Below, piece after piece: positions 8,043 through 17,111 of a stretch of 64,000 nucleotides of DNA. A model generated the notes under the pieces. The model was not told the origin of the DNA. It saw nothing but the letters and a program-made list of their open reading frames with translations, and ran no database searches. This DNA is from an uncultured virus (IMG/VR IMGVR_UViG_3300042997_001870) (lineage: Duplodnaviria; Heunggongvirae; Uroviricota; Caudoviricetes). The stretch lies in the IMG/VR virus record IMGVR_UViG_3300042997_001870, one strand, 5' to 3'. Each line of letters starts with the position of its first letter. The first letter of the stretch is position 1. The translations under genes were made by a program, and so were the position numbers.

Positions 8043-10421
8043 TTATTTAATGAATGAAAATGGTTTAATTGCAAATAAACTTTCATTAGTCGGAACATTA
8101 ATTTTTGGCTCTTGGCCATTATCAATTAGTGCTCTAGCTTTTGCTTTTATTCCTTCGGCTTCTTCAGGTTTAATAATACCTTTCTTAACCATATCTTGTA
8201 CATAATCATCCATTCTTGATTTATCTTCAGTATTTAAACTAACTGTACCGGTTTTTGAATCCCATGCATCTGAAAAATATGCTTGAGTAACTGGGTCAGC
8301 CTGGTCAAGAGCGTGTTGAACATCAATTGCCGTATCTCCTCCAACTATTTCTAGAGCGCCTTTGCTATAGTCAGTTGATTTATCTAAGAATTCTTTTGAT
8401 TTATTTGGATCATTTCCCATTAGTGCAGTACCGCCTAAACTTCCAGTGCTAGAAACGTGGTTTCCTCCAAGTGCTTGAACTAGGGTTGCTTTTTGTTGAC
8501 ATGGATCAGCTTCTTCAGCTTTTCCATCTTTACTAGCGGTTGCTTGATAGTTTTTAGTTGCTGAATCAGCTTTAGCTAGCTCAGCTTGAACTTGATCATA
8601 TAATTCTGGATTTATAGTTTTTAGAGAGTCTAAGTTAGCTTGAGTAGCTTCTTCAGCTATCATTGCTTCATTTGCTGGAGCTGGTGCTCCAGTAGATAGT
8701 AGGTTAGTTGCACTAACCACTGTTGATAAATTTGAAGCTTTTGCCATTCCGGCTTTAACTATACAGTCTAACGATCCTAATTTTTTCCAATACATTGCAG
8801 TTATAAATGCAATCATTCTTTTGAATACTGGAACACGTTTAGCAATAGTTGGTGCAGCTTTAGCTAATACCTTCTTAATGAAGACATCCGTTGCAGCCAT
8901 AGTCTTAACGCCCTTTGTAAATAACTCAGGATTTGCTTTAAATACGTTAAGCGCTTTTACCTCATTTTTAGAAAGACTCTTTAGAGTAGTTGGATCACTT
9001 AATATTTCAGTGAATAGGGCTTTAACTGAGCTTACATCGCCGGCTTTTGCAAGTTTAACTAATTGATTGCTTGATCGGCCTGACGTTTTTAATAGGGCTT
9101 GAATTGCTTTATTCTTAGTAGCAGTTTCAATTGAACTTACTGCTAGCTTATTAACAATCGCAGCATTGGTTACTTTGTCTAAAACATCTTGTCCTAATTT
9201 ACCGGTTCCTACCAAGTCAGCAATTTTTTTGTATACTTCGTCAGATTGAATTTCCTTTGTTAGATCCTTGATAACCTCATCAGCTCCTTGAAATTTATCG
9301 CCAATTTGTTTTTTAATAGTGTCTGATAGTTTGACATTAGCCAAACCTGGAGCAGTCGCTGCTAATTGTTTTTCTGCATTGGATATGGCGGCACTAGTTG
9401 CTGAATCAGCTGACTGTTTAAGAGCACCTTCTCCAGTTTTTGCAATTTCTTCTCCAATCTCTTTAAAATTCTTACCCCAACTTGCAACGGTTAGAGCCAT
9501 TGCATCTGCCCATTTTATAAGTTTAGCGCCTGCTCCACCTAGGAAAGGTACATATTCAAGAATCTTACCAATTGCCTTAACCATTTTAGTAACAAGGTTA
9601 GGTATGAATCCAGCTAGGGCATCTCCTGCTTTAATGAAAAATTGTTCAACCATCGGCATTAAGCCCTTTTGGCCAGATTTAATAATACTAGACTTAGCAA
9701 GCATTGCAGCAGCAGCTCGTTCGGCTGGCAGTGAAGATGGTCTACATAAAATTTTAATTAATGGATTTAATATTTTGCCTAATGGACCAAGTAACTTCAT
9801 TACTGCTCCACCTGGAAGCATTGCAAGTATTGATAGAACTGCAGATAGGTAATCAGGTTCCTTTTTCGCGAATAGTGATAGTAGGGCAGAAAGCAAGTTA
9901 GCTGCAATATCTGCTCCAGGTAAACCAATTGATGCCCATAGGACAGTCGGTAAAGCACCAGCTAGGTCAAGTAATAAACGAATAACATTAACTGCTGTAT
10001 CCATTGGAGAATCTCCAACGACCATACTCTTAAGAAACTTGCCAACTGACGTTATAACACTACCGGTTGTACTAAGCACGCTCTCATCAAGAGCTGATAG
10101 TTTTTCAAAATAAGTTTTGGTTAAAGTTAGTTCAACTACATCATACCCGGCTCCTTCTAGGAATACCTGGTCTCTTTGTAATCTTGAAAGATCTTGGTAG
10201 TTTGAAAATAGATATTGACTAGATTCCTCTAGTTGATCCTCTGAATAGCTGCTAGCTTCTCTAACTGGATCACATGTTATTAAGTCTTCTGGATTAAAAG
10301 CGTCCAGGCTAGCCCAGAATGCTTCAGGTACCTGCTTAAAGTATTCTATTATTAAATTCTGAGAGCGTTCGCTTTCATTAAGTTGTCCAAAGTATTCTTC
10401 TGCAGAAATTACGTAACTCAT
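8043..10421 (-). CDS. Large helical probable internal/ejection protein with a PT-TG-like hydrophobic segment
   Basis: 792 aa; LDLAGALP...ADIAANLLS...DYLSAVLSILAMLPGG; ATAAATA box upstream. Confidence 0.6.
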   Translation of the reverse strand: MSYVISAEEYFGQLNESERSQNLIIEYFKQVPEAFWASLDAFNPEDLITCDPVREASSYSEDQLEESSQYLFSNYQDLSRLQRDQVFLEGAGYDVVELTLTKTYFEKLSALDESVLSTTGSVITSVGKFLKSMVVGDSPMDTAVNVIRLLLDLAGALPTVLWASIGLPGADIAANLLSALLSLFAKKEPDYLSAVLSILAMLPGGAVMKLLGPLGKILNPLIKILCRPSSLPAERAAAAMLAKSSIIKSGQKGLMPMVEQFFIKAGDALAGFIPNLVTKMVKAIGKILEYVPFLGGAGAKLIKWADAMALTVASWGKNFKEIGEEIAKTGEGALKQSADSATSAAISNAEKQLAATAPGLANVKLSDTIKKQIGDKFQGADEVIKDLTKEIQSDEVYKKIADLVGTGKLGQDVLDKVTNAAIVNKLAVSSIETATKNKAIQALLKTSGRSSNQLVKLAKAGDVSSVKALFTEILSDPTTLKSLSKNEVKALNVFKANPELFTKGVKTMAATDVFIKKVLAKAAPTIAKRVPVFKRMIAFITAMYWKKLGSLDCIVKAGMAKASNLSTVVSATNLLSTGAPAPANEAMIAEEATQANLDSLKTINPELYDQVQAELAKADSATKNYQATASKDGKAEEADPCQQKATLVQALGGNHVSSTGSLGGTALMGNDPNKSKEFLDKSTDYSKGALEIVGGDTAIDVQHALDQADPVTQAYFSDAWDSKTGTVSLNTEDKSRMDDYVQDMVKKGIIKPEEAEGIKAKARALIDNGQEPKINVPTNESLFAIKPFSFIK

Positions 10422-10467
10422 TATATAAAAAATGGTAATTTCTTATTATTTATTCGAGAGCCTGAGG

Positions 10468-11532
10468 CTAAAGCGAATCAGCGCAGTTTCTTAAGATTTT
10501 TAAATAATCCTTTCTGGAGCACTCGGCTAAAAACTTACAGATTTCCCAGAAGTCTTCAACTGTTTCAAATGTCATTGCTTGATGTTGTCCCCATTTATAA
10601 GAAACTGGAATCACTCCAAATATGATAGATTCGTAGACTCTGGCTGGAATGAATTTTTCTCTAATGTATAGATCCTTACTTACATTTACTGATACCATAG
10701 ACATTTGGAAATGCTCCCAAATAAGCTCGCGATCCTCTCTTGAAATTAGAGTAGCCAACTTCATGCTGCCTATCCAGTTCTCAAGAGTCAAATCCTTTTT
10801 TGCAGCAATCGACATTGTAAATGGTCGACCGTCAAACATTTGAGTAGAGTCAATTGACTGAATAATATCAGTTATGATTGGATTCTTGGAATGACCGTCT
10901 TTGTAATTATCAAATGCAAGGTTACCGTAATACATTAGATTAGTAGGCCGGCTGTCCTGATTTTTCTCATGAATTTCCAGACATGCCTCAATAAAACGTT
11001 TGCTCATGCCAGGTAATGTAATTGATGGAATCTCACGGCTTAATCCAAGCGCCGCGATTGTTTCCAAGAATGACTCACTTAGGGAAAGATCAGTATCAAC
11101 TATCACAATATTTGCCGGATCATATCCAGCAGCCAATGCAATAGTTATAATGTTCTCAAACTTTAGAGAATCTTTTAATTTCTTTTGTAGAGTTGATAAA
11201 TTTCTGAATCGAGCCTTTAGGAAAATTCTATCGTACTCTCGATTCTTAATTTTTTCGATTACTGTAGTATAACTAATTTGATAAGTATCAATCAGCGAAT
11301 TTGAGTAAGTTGCCATAAGTACGCCAATCTCATCAGGATATGGAAATTTGGGCTCAATTAAATTAGCAGTTTCAGTATCACTGATGTAATTTAAAAAGTC
11401 AAACTTTTCAACTTTAAACTTTTCAGATAATGAATCAAGCAGTCCAATTTGATAGAATGTATGACCTGGGATATTTGTATCAAATATCCCTAATTCTCCG
11501 AAATATGCGTAAAGTGATTTGTTTTTTTCCAT
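10468..11532 (-). CDS. GT-B glycosyltransferase, T4 beta-glucosyltransferase-like
   Basis: LMYYGN and FIPARVYESIIFGVIPV motifs; 354 aa. Confidence 0.6.
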   Translation of the reverse strand: MEKNKSLYAYFGELGIFDTNIPGHTFYQIGLLDSLSEKFKVEKFDFLNYISDTETANLIEPKFPYPDEIGVLMATYSNSLIDTYQISYTTVIEKIKNREYDRIFLKARFRNLSTLQKKLKDSLKFENIITIALAAGYDPANIVIVDTDLSLSESFLETIAALGLSREIPSITLPGMSKRFIEACLEIHEKNQDSRPTNLMYYGNLAFDNYKDGHSKNPIITDIIQSIDSTQMFDGRPFTMSIAAKKDLTLENWIGSMKLATLISREDRELIWEHFQMSMVSVNVSKDLYIREKFIPARVYESIIFGVIPVSYKWGQHQAMTFETVEDFWEICKFLAECSRKDYLKILRNCADSL

Positions 11533-11534
11533 TG

Positions 11535-12350
11535 TTACTTGGTTGATTTAAAACCTGCGAAATGCGTGATAAAATGTTTACCAGTAGCAGTACGTGGATT
11601 AACGTATAGTTGATCAAAGTTTGCTCTGAAAATATCAAGCACTTCATTGAATTTTGCCGAGCGATTTTCAAGTAACCAACTGTAATGGAAATGGTATTCA
11701 ACTATAAACAATCGGATTTGATCTAAACTTTCCTGGTTTAGAGCACGAATCATATCGTATTCAAGACCTTCAATATCCATCTTAATACAGGTGATTCCTT
11801 TTTCTTTGATAATTGTGTTAATATTCTCAGCAGGTACCCTAGTTACCTGGCGACCTCTAATTGGATGGACACTGTGTTTTCCTGAATCTTGAGATAGAAA
11901 GAATTCTACTTCAGTTAAATCGTCAGCAACGATTGCTTTTTCAATAATTTCACAACGATCCTGAACTCCATTCATTTGAATATTCTGCTCAGCAAATTCA
12001 ACATTGTTGTGGAATGGCTCGTAAGAATAAACCTTTTTAATTTTTGGGAATTGAGTAAGTAGTCTAGTTGCGAAAATACCAATGTGGCCTCCTGCATCTA
12101 ACCAAACGTCTTCGTGGTCTAGATCTTCTAATACCATCGGCGAGCCGTTTTGAGCATAGTGAGGAATGAATAGCGGTTTAAAATATTCACCGCCAGTAGG
12201 TTTAGTTGAGATGTTTTGAGATACGTTAAACTTAATCTCTTCTTCTGATCTTACCAGAAATTGATAATCGTGATATTTGGTCTTCTTTTCGAATACCTGA
12301 AGTGTGCCATTTTCTCTAGCCTCTTCAATTGAGCATAGTACGTCTGCCAT
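11535..12350 (-). CDS. FkbM-family SAM methyltransferase
   Basis: LDAGGHIGIF, YEP, IKMDIEGLE, VEYH. Confidence 0.9.
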   Translation of the reverse strand: MADVLCSIEEARENGTLQVFEKKTKYHDYQFLVRSEEEIKFNVSQNISTKPTGGEYFKPLFIPHYAQNGSPMVLEDLDHEDVWLDAGGHIGIFATRLLTQFPKIKKVYSYEPFHNNVEFAEQNIQMNGVQDRCEIIEKAIVADDLTEVEFFLSQDSGKHSVHPIRGRQVTRVPAENINTIIKEKGITCIKMDIEGLEYDMIRALNQESLDQIRLFIVEYHFHYSWLLENRSAKFNEVLDIFRANFDQLYVNPRTATGKHFITHFAGFKSTK

Positions 12351-12384
12351 TTATGTATAGTTCTTTAAGTAATTATACTATGAA

Positions 12385-12651
12385 CTATACGTTTTGGTCT
12401 ACTGTTACGTCTTTTGTTTTAATTGAAAGTTCTTCAGGATTCTCTGGATTTGGACCAGACTGCTGGTAATCAGCATATTTAGACGGAGCGGTCTTCTCAA
12501 TCTCATCAGGTTTAATTGAGCTATACTTATTATCTGTACCCATAACTTTGTAAGTTTGACCGACTGGGTCTATTCCTACAATCGTAACGGTTTCACCAGA
12601 TTTCAGTTTAACTGATTGACCTGTTAAATACTTAGCTGAAGTTGCGGACAC
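12385..12651 (-). CDS. Small ORF, probably the -1 frameshift extension of the upstream 512-aa protein
   Basis: Only a GTG start; the frame is open back through the A9 run at 12681-12689. Confidence 0.65.
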   Translation of the reverse strand: MSATSAKYLTGQSVKLKSGETVTIVGIDPVGQTYKVMGTDNKYSSIKPDEIEKTAPSKYADYQQSGPNPENPEELSIKTKDVTVDQNV

Positions 12652-12674
12652 TAAAGTAATGTCCTCTGACTCAG

Positions 12675-14213
12675 TTAGGCTTTTTTTTTGGATTGATCTA
12701 CAACAATGTACTGATTCTTAAGAGCATTAACGTTCTTTTCGATTGACATCTTAAGTTCGTTTAATTTCTCTTGGTATTCAGCTGAAAGAGATTTATCTTT
12801 TAAAGCTTCTTCGATTTGAGAAATTGAAGTTTCTAATTTAGCAAGGTTTTGCTCAATAGTTACTTTCTCAGCATCTAGTGCTCTAAGATTAGTTTCTCTT
12901 TCCTCTAATTGGATAGAGTACATTTCGCTTACGTCATACTTGAAGTTTTCAAGAACGTAATTGTGGAAAGTTAGACCTTTCATTTTCTTAAGAAGTCTAG
13001 TTTCTCCAAGTTTTTCAAAAACATAAATGTTTTCTCCGAAATTAAATACAATAGAATCTTTTCCTAATCTTTCATTAACGATAGTTTTACCGAATTCAAG
13101 ATTAACGATTAGGTCTAAGTTATCAAATACTTTAGATAAAGCATTACGAGTATTAAGAGATTCCATTAAGAAAACCTCTGATAATTTGATAGAGTTGATG
13201 TTCTCAATAACTGCACCATTAATCTTTAAATTTAAGGTACCGTTTTCATTGATTCCAAAAGAAACTTTTAGGTTTCTACCAGTTGAAATAAGTTCAGTAC
13301 TGTGCTCTTTAAAGTTTAGTGCACTGAATGCTTCGCAAGTTTCAAAGAAATCTGGAAATTCAGCAACTTCTTCAGCAGTCATTTGAGAAGGGTCAGTATC
13401 TTCTGTAATTTTGATAAATTTATTATCAACAAATACGATTGCAGTGTTTTCTGTAACTTTGTAAAAAGGAGCAATAATTGGTTTAACGTTAGAGTCTCCG
13501 TTACCGATACCTAAATTAAAGGTTCCAGTAGTTTTAGATTCGTGCATGCTGATCTTATTGATTAGTTGATTAACTACCGGTAAGTTAGAATAAGAACGAA
13601 GCTTCATTCTTAAAGAATCTGAAGTTTGAACGTTTTCTAATAAGGCTTCTTCTAATAGAGCGCAAGCATCTTTGTAAAGAACTGCACCAGTTACTCTCAT
13701 TTCGAAAATTGAGTTTAGGATTTCTAATTTTACAATATTTTCGTTTACATAAGTAGCTAATGATTCTAATACACTAGCAACAGTTTTGTCATACGAAAAT
13801 TTACCAAGACCTTCAAAGAAAAGGTGGATTGCTCTGTGTTCTGGCATGCTACTAACAGCTTCAGCTAATCTAGCAATTGTGTGCTTAACTACTGGATCTG
13901 CGTAAATTTCGCCTTCTTTAATAGCCTGTAATTTCATAGAAAGACCAGCTTCCTTAGCCATGTCCTGAAGACGTTTAGTTGGCTTATCTGCCATCTTTCT
14001 GAATTTTGCAACTACTTCTTTGATATTCTCATTTACTAACTCAGTAGCAAATTGCTCTAGAGTAGTTAAAGAATTCTCAAATACTAGTTCAGGTGAAACA
14101 CCCAACATTAGAGAATTATTGATTGATTCTAGTACAACCTTTGATGCAATGCTAGAATTTATGCTCAAATTATTTTTGAGCTCGTTAGTTAGTTCTTGTA
14201 TGAGACCGTTCAT
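12675..14213 (-). CDS. Probable prohead core/scaffold-like structural protein with C-terminal coiled coil
   Basis: 512 aa, many (L/I/V)xE sites, coiled-coil C-terminus, three ATAAATA boxes upstream. Confidence 0.55.
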   Translation of the reverse strand: MNGLIQELTNELKNNLSINSSIASKVVLESINNSLMLGVSPELVFENSLTTLEQFATELVNENIKEVVAKFRKMADKPTKRLQDMAKEAGLSMKLQAIKEGEIYADPVVKHTIARLAEAVSSMPEHRAIHLFFEGLGKFSYDKTVASVLESLATYVNENIVKLEILNSIFEMRVTGAVLYKDACALLEEALLENVQTSDSLRMKLRSYSNLPVVNQLINKISMHESKTTGTFNLGIGNGDSNVKPIIAPFYKVTENTAIVFVDNKFIKITEDTDPSQMTAEEVAEFPDFFETCEAFSALNFKEHSTELISTGRNLKVSFGINENGTLNLKINGAVIENINSIKLSEVFLMESLNTRNALSKVFDNLDLIVNLEFGKTIVNERLGKDSIVFNFGENIYVFEKLGETRLLKKMKGLTFHNYVLENFKYDVSEMYSIQLEERETNLRALDAEKVTIEQNLAKLETSISQIEEALKDKSLSAEYQEKLNELKMSIEKNVNALKNQYIVVDQSKKKA

Positions 14214-14234
14214 TTAAACGTTTGTCTTTTTTAT

Positions 14235-14290
14235 TATTTATCAGCTTTTGTTGCTAAGTTTATTTATCTGCTGCTAATTGTGTTATTTAT
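14235..14290 (-). promoter_or_regulatory. Three tandem T4-late-like ATAAATA boxes
   Basis: TATTTAT on the + strand at 14235-14241, 14261-14267 and 14284-14290. Confidence 0.65.
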
Positions 14291-14310
14291 TCATAACCAG
14301 TTCCTGCAAA

Positions 14311-16263
14311 TTAATTATTGGCTAGCCCGTTAAAACTTGCTGCCGTATTTATGTTTTTAGTATTTTCGGAAGTTTGCGAAACACTTGTAAACTTTTGCGA
14401 CTTAATCCTTTTCTTTAAACCTTCATTTTCTGCAGCCAAGGCATCATATTTAGACTTAAGATCGTTTAATTGGGCCTGTGGATCGTTGATCAGCGTAGTC
14501 TTAGCTGCTTCATTTGCTCTAAGAATTGTAGCATATTCGCTAGATGACATCCATTTGCCAGTGTACATTAGTGTCTCAATACCATCCTCAGCAATAACTG
14601 ATATGTAGAATAGTGAATCTGCTGTGTCCAGTATCTTTTTAGCTTGGTCTTTAGGTATTCTAAATGCAATCTGTCCAACACTAGGGTTCTCCTTAGCCGG
14701 GTCATTAATTGACTCGTATGAATAGGTTGCATCCTTTCCAAAATTTAGGGCATACTTTGATCCAGCATTTAAGTTTGAGGTCTTTTGGTTAGACGGATTA
14801 TTTAAGTCAGCTGAGTAGACTGTGAACTTAATGAAGTTATCAGTTGGGTCAATCGGCAGAGTTAATTCGCCTTGACCAAACACTAGATCAGTTGAACCGT
14901 CAGTTGTTGTCAATAGTGCATTCTTTTGGCTTAATCTGATATTTGCCTGTTTTTGATAAGCCAGTACCGCGTATCTTACAGGTCGGTCACGGTAGACAAT
15001 TTTAGTTGATCTAGCCGTCTCGGTTTGAGTAGCCTGTTTTGCTCCAGTAAATAGATTAGTTATTTCAAGATTCTTTTGGACAATCTTATTATAAACCTTC
15101 ATTGACTGGGGTTTATTTGCTAATTCTAATTTTGCAAGGTATCTGCCGTACTTATTAGGATTAAATAAGGTCATTGACCCAGTTCTGATTACTTGATCAC
15201 CGGTTTTCTTATTTAGTAATCTGGCAGTATAGTCAATTGACATTGATACTGCAAAACCTGCATCATTTAATATTGGGCGGTACTTTAATGGTGCATCAAA
15301 ATTATCTTCCTGATAAACTACAAAATTACCAGATGGAACTATTGAACTTCCAATCTGTTCGTAAACTTGAAGTTGGTGAATTATAATCCAGTCATTGTCT
15401 ACTCCTTTTGCATTTAACATTGCAATAAGATCTTCTGGAAAAGCACTGTTCCATGTAGCAAAAAATTCTATATAGTCGCCGGCTGTTGATTCTTGAATGA
15501 TTGCTCCTAAACTATCAAATTCATTGATTTGAGGAACTGAACCTTCGTAATAATTAACTACTCGGTATACTTCGTATTTTTGATTATTGTCAGCATACAA
15601 ATCCTCATAGGTTGCTTCGCTTAATGATACGGTTATTGGTGCTCCTTTTATAAATCCAATATTGTCAGTAATTACTGATTCAAATGAAGACGTTCCAAAT
15701 TGAGTAAAATCTTCGTCCATGTAAGCTGGAGCTGGGACTTTAATATCAATGTACTTATCGTAAATTGTATTAGCTAAGAATAGAGGTCTTGGATTAAAGG
15801 TTAAAAGATCTTGAGCCGTTGCAGCAGTCATCAAAATATTTACTAACTGAATTTGTTGCAAGTTATTAAGTTTCTGACGAGCTCCCAATACTATATTTTC
15901 AACTTCAGTAAAGTTAAAACCTGATGCAAAATGGAATCTCATAGTATCCATTACTAGAGCATTTGTATAACTATTACTTAGAGCAACCTCAGTAATTAAT
16001 GGATCATAATCGGTGTAGATTGGAATATCGGTTAAATCAACTCTAACTAATTTAGAACCTCCAATGGGTACAACACTTAGACCTCTAGCGTTTTTAGTAA
16101 CTGCGGTGTAGGCATCAGTGTTGTAGATCTGGAATAGGTCTACGTGCGCATTCGTAACCGAGTAATAATTGGTGTTTAGAATTTGCGGACTAGCATCACC
16201 AAGTGGAGTTAACATGTACTCCAATATGCAATAATCCGATAATGTTACAAACCTAGATGTCAT
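14311..16263 (-). CDS. Hypothetical structural protein
   Basis: 650-aa beta-rich ORF in the late region. Confidence 0.75.
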   Translation of the reverse strand: MTSRFVTLSDYCILEYMLTPLGDASPQILNTNYYSVTNAHVDLFQIYNTDAYTAVTKNARGLSVVPIGGSKLVRVDLTDIPIYTDYDPLITEVALSNSYTNALVMDTMRFHFASGFNFTEVENIVLGARQKLNNLQQIQLVNILMTAATAQDLLTFNPRPLFLANTIYDKYIDIKVPAPAYMDEDFTQFGTSSFESVITDNIGFIKGAPITVSLSEATYEDLYADNNQKYEVYRVVNYYEGSVPQINEFDSLGAIIQESTAGDYIEFFATWNSAFPEDLIAMLNAKGVDNDWIIIHQLQVYEQIGSSIVPSGNFVVYQEDNFDAPLKYRPILNDAGFAVSMSIDYTARLLNKKTGDQVIRTGSMTLFNPNKYGRYLAKLELANKPQSMKVYNKIVQKNLEITNLFTGAKQATQTETARSTKIVYRDRPVRYAVLAYQKQANIRLSQKNALLTTTDGSTDLVFGQGELTLPIDPTDNFIKFTVYSADLNNPSNQKTSNLNAGSKYALNFGKDATYSYESINDPAKENPSVGQIAFRIPKDQAKKILDTADSLFYISVIAEDGIETLMYTGKWMSSSEYATILRANEAAKTTLINDPQAQLNDLKSKYDALAAENEGLKKRIKSQKFTSVSQTSENTKNINTAASFNGLANN

Positions 16264-16272
16264 GTGTAATTG

Positions 16273-16890
16273 TTATTTCTTTAATCTAATTTTCCAGTAG
16301 ATTCCGCCTTGTATTGAAACTGTTTTTGTTGCTGAATATCCAACACCTAAACTGTAAATCTTATCAGATTTGGTTTTCAATAATAGTGAAGGTCCTACAA
16401 AATTAACTATGTTTACTTTGTCAAATCCACCAATCAAGCCAATGTAAACTTGGTTTTTTGGTAAATCCTTGACAATTAGTGTTTCCTTTATTTGTATTTT
16501 ATTAACTTGAGCATTCCATAATCTTCCCAATAGCGAATTTTGAGAAACCGTATCGTTAACTACAATATAGCCTAATGAATCTGCTAATTTTAAAGTATCA
16601 ATATAAACTCGCTTAGCGTAATAATCATTTAATATAGCCAAGGTATCAACCGACACAGGAACTGCCATGTAAATAGTAGTATCATGATAGATGTCTTTAC
16701 CTTTTTTGTAAACAATTGTATTGTGAGGTACTATTAAGGTATCAATATCATGTTTTAGCACTTCGTACTTTTTACCATCAATATTAATAGTCTCTCCAGG
16801 TTTGTCTCCTCCACCTTGACATGCTCTAGTAAAGACAAGCACGCAAACTAGTCCAAGGATAATTAAAGATTTAAAATCAAGCAGTTTCAT
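16273..16890 (-). CDS. Membrane-anchored or lipoprotein-like protein
   Basis: N-terminal hydrophobic signal ending near Cys; DT-rich middle; beta-rich C-terminus ending GGIYWKI. Confidence 0.7.
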   Translation of the reverse strand: MKLLDFKSLIILGLVCVLVFTRACQGGGDKPGETINIDGKKYEVLKHDIDTLIVPHNTIVYKKGKDIYHDTTIYMAVPVSVDTLAILNDYYAKRVYIDTLKLADSLGYIVVNDTVSQNSLLGRLWNAQVNKIQIKETLIVKDLPKNQVYIGLIGGFDKVNIVNFVGPSLLLKTKSDKIYSLGVGYSATKTVSIQGGIYWKIRLKK

Positions 16891-17110
16891 TCAATTGGGT
16901 CATAATTTTGTAGTAATCAGGAACCTGGCCAGTCTCCTGTACTATTTTATCTATTAGGATCTTCTCCCTCTCCTTATTTGAATCTAGTGCATGTTCAAGC
17001 TCGTTCTTTCTAAGCTCAAGGAGTTTAGTCATTTCTTCAAGTTCGTTTAGTCCAGCCGTGATCTTATCGTACTCTGACACAACTTGTCTAATTTCATTTA
17101 TGTATTTCAT
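16877..17110 (-). CDS. Small coiled-coil protein
   Basis: 77-aa helical ORF. Confidence 0.7.
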   Translation of the reverse strand: MKYINEIRQVVSEYDKITAGLNELEEMTKLLELRKNELEHALDSNKEREKILIDKIVQETGQVPDYYKIMTQLNETA

Positions 17111-17111
17111 A

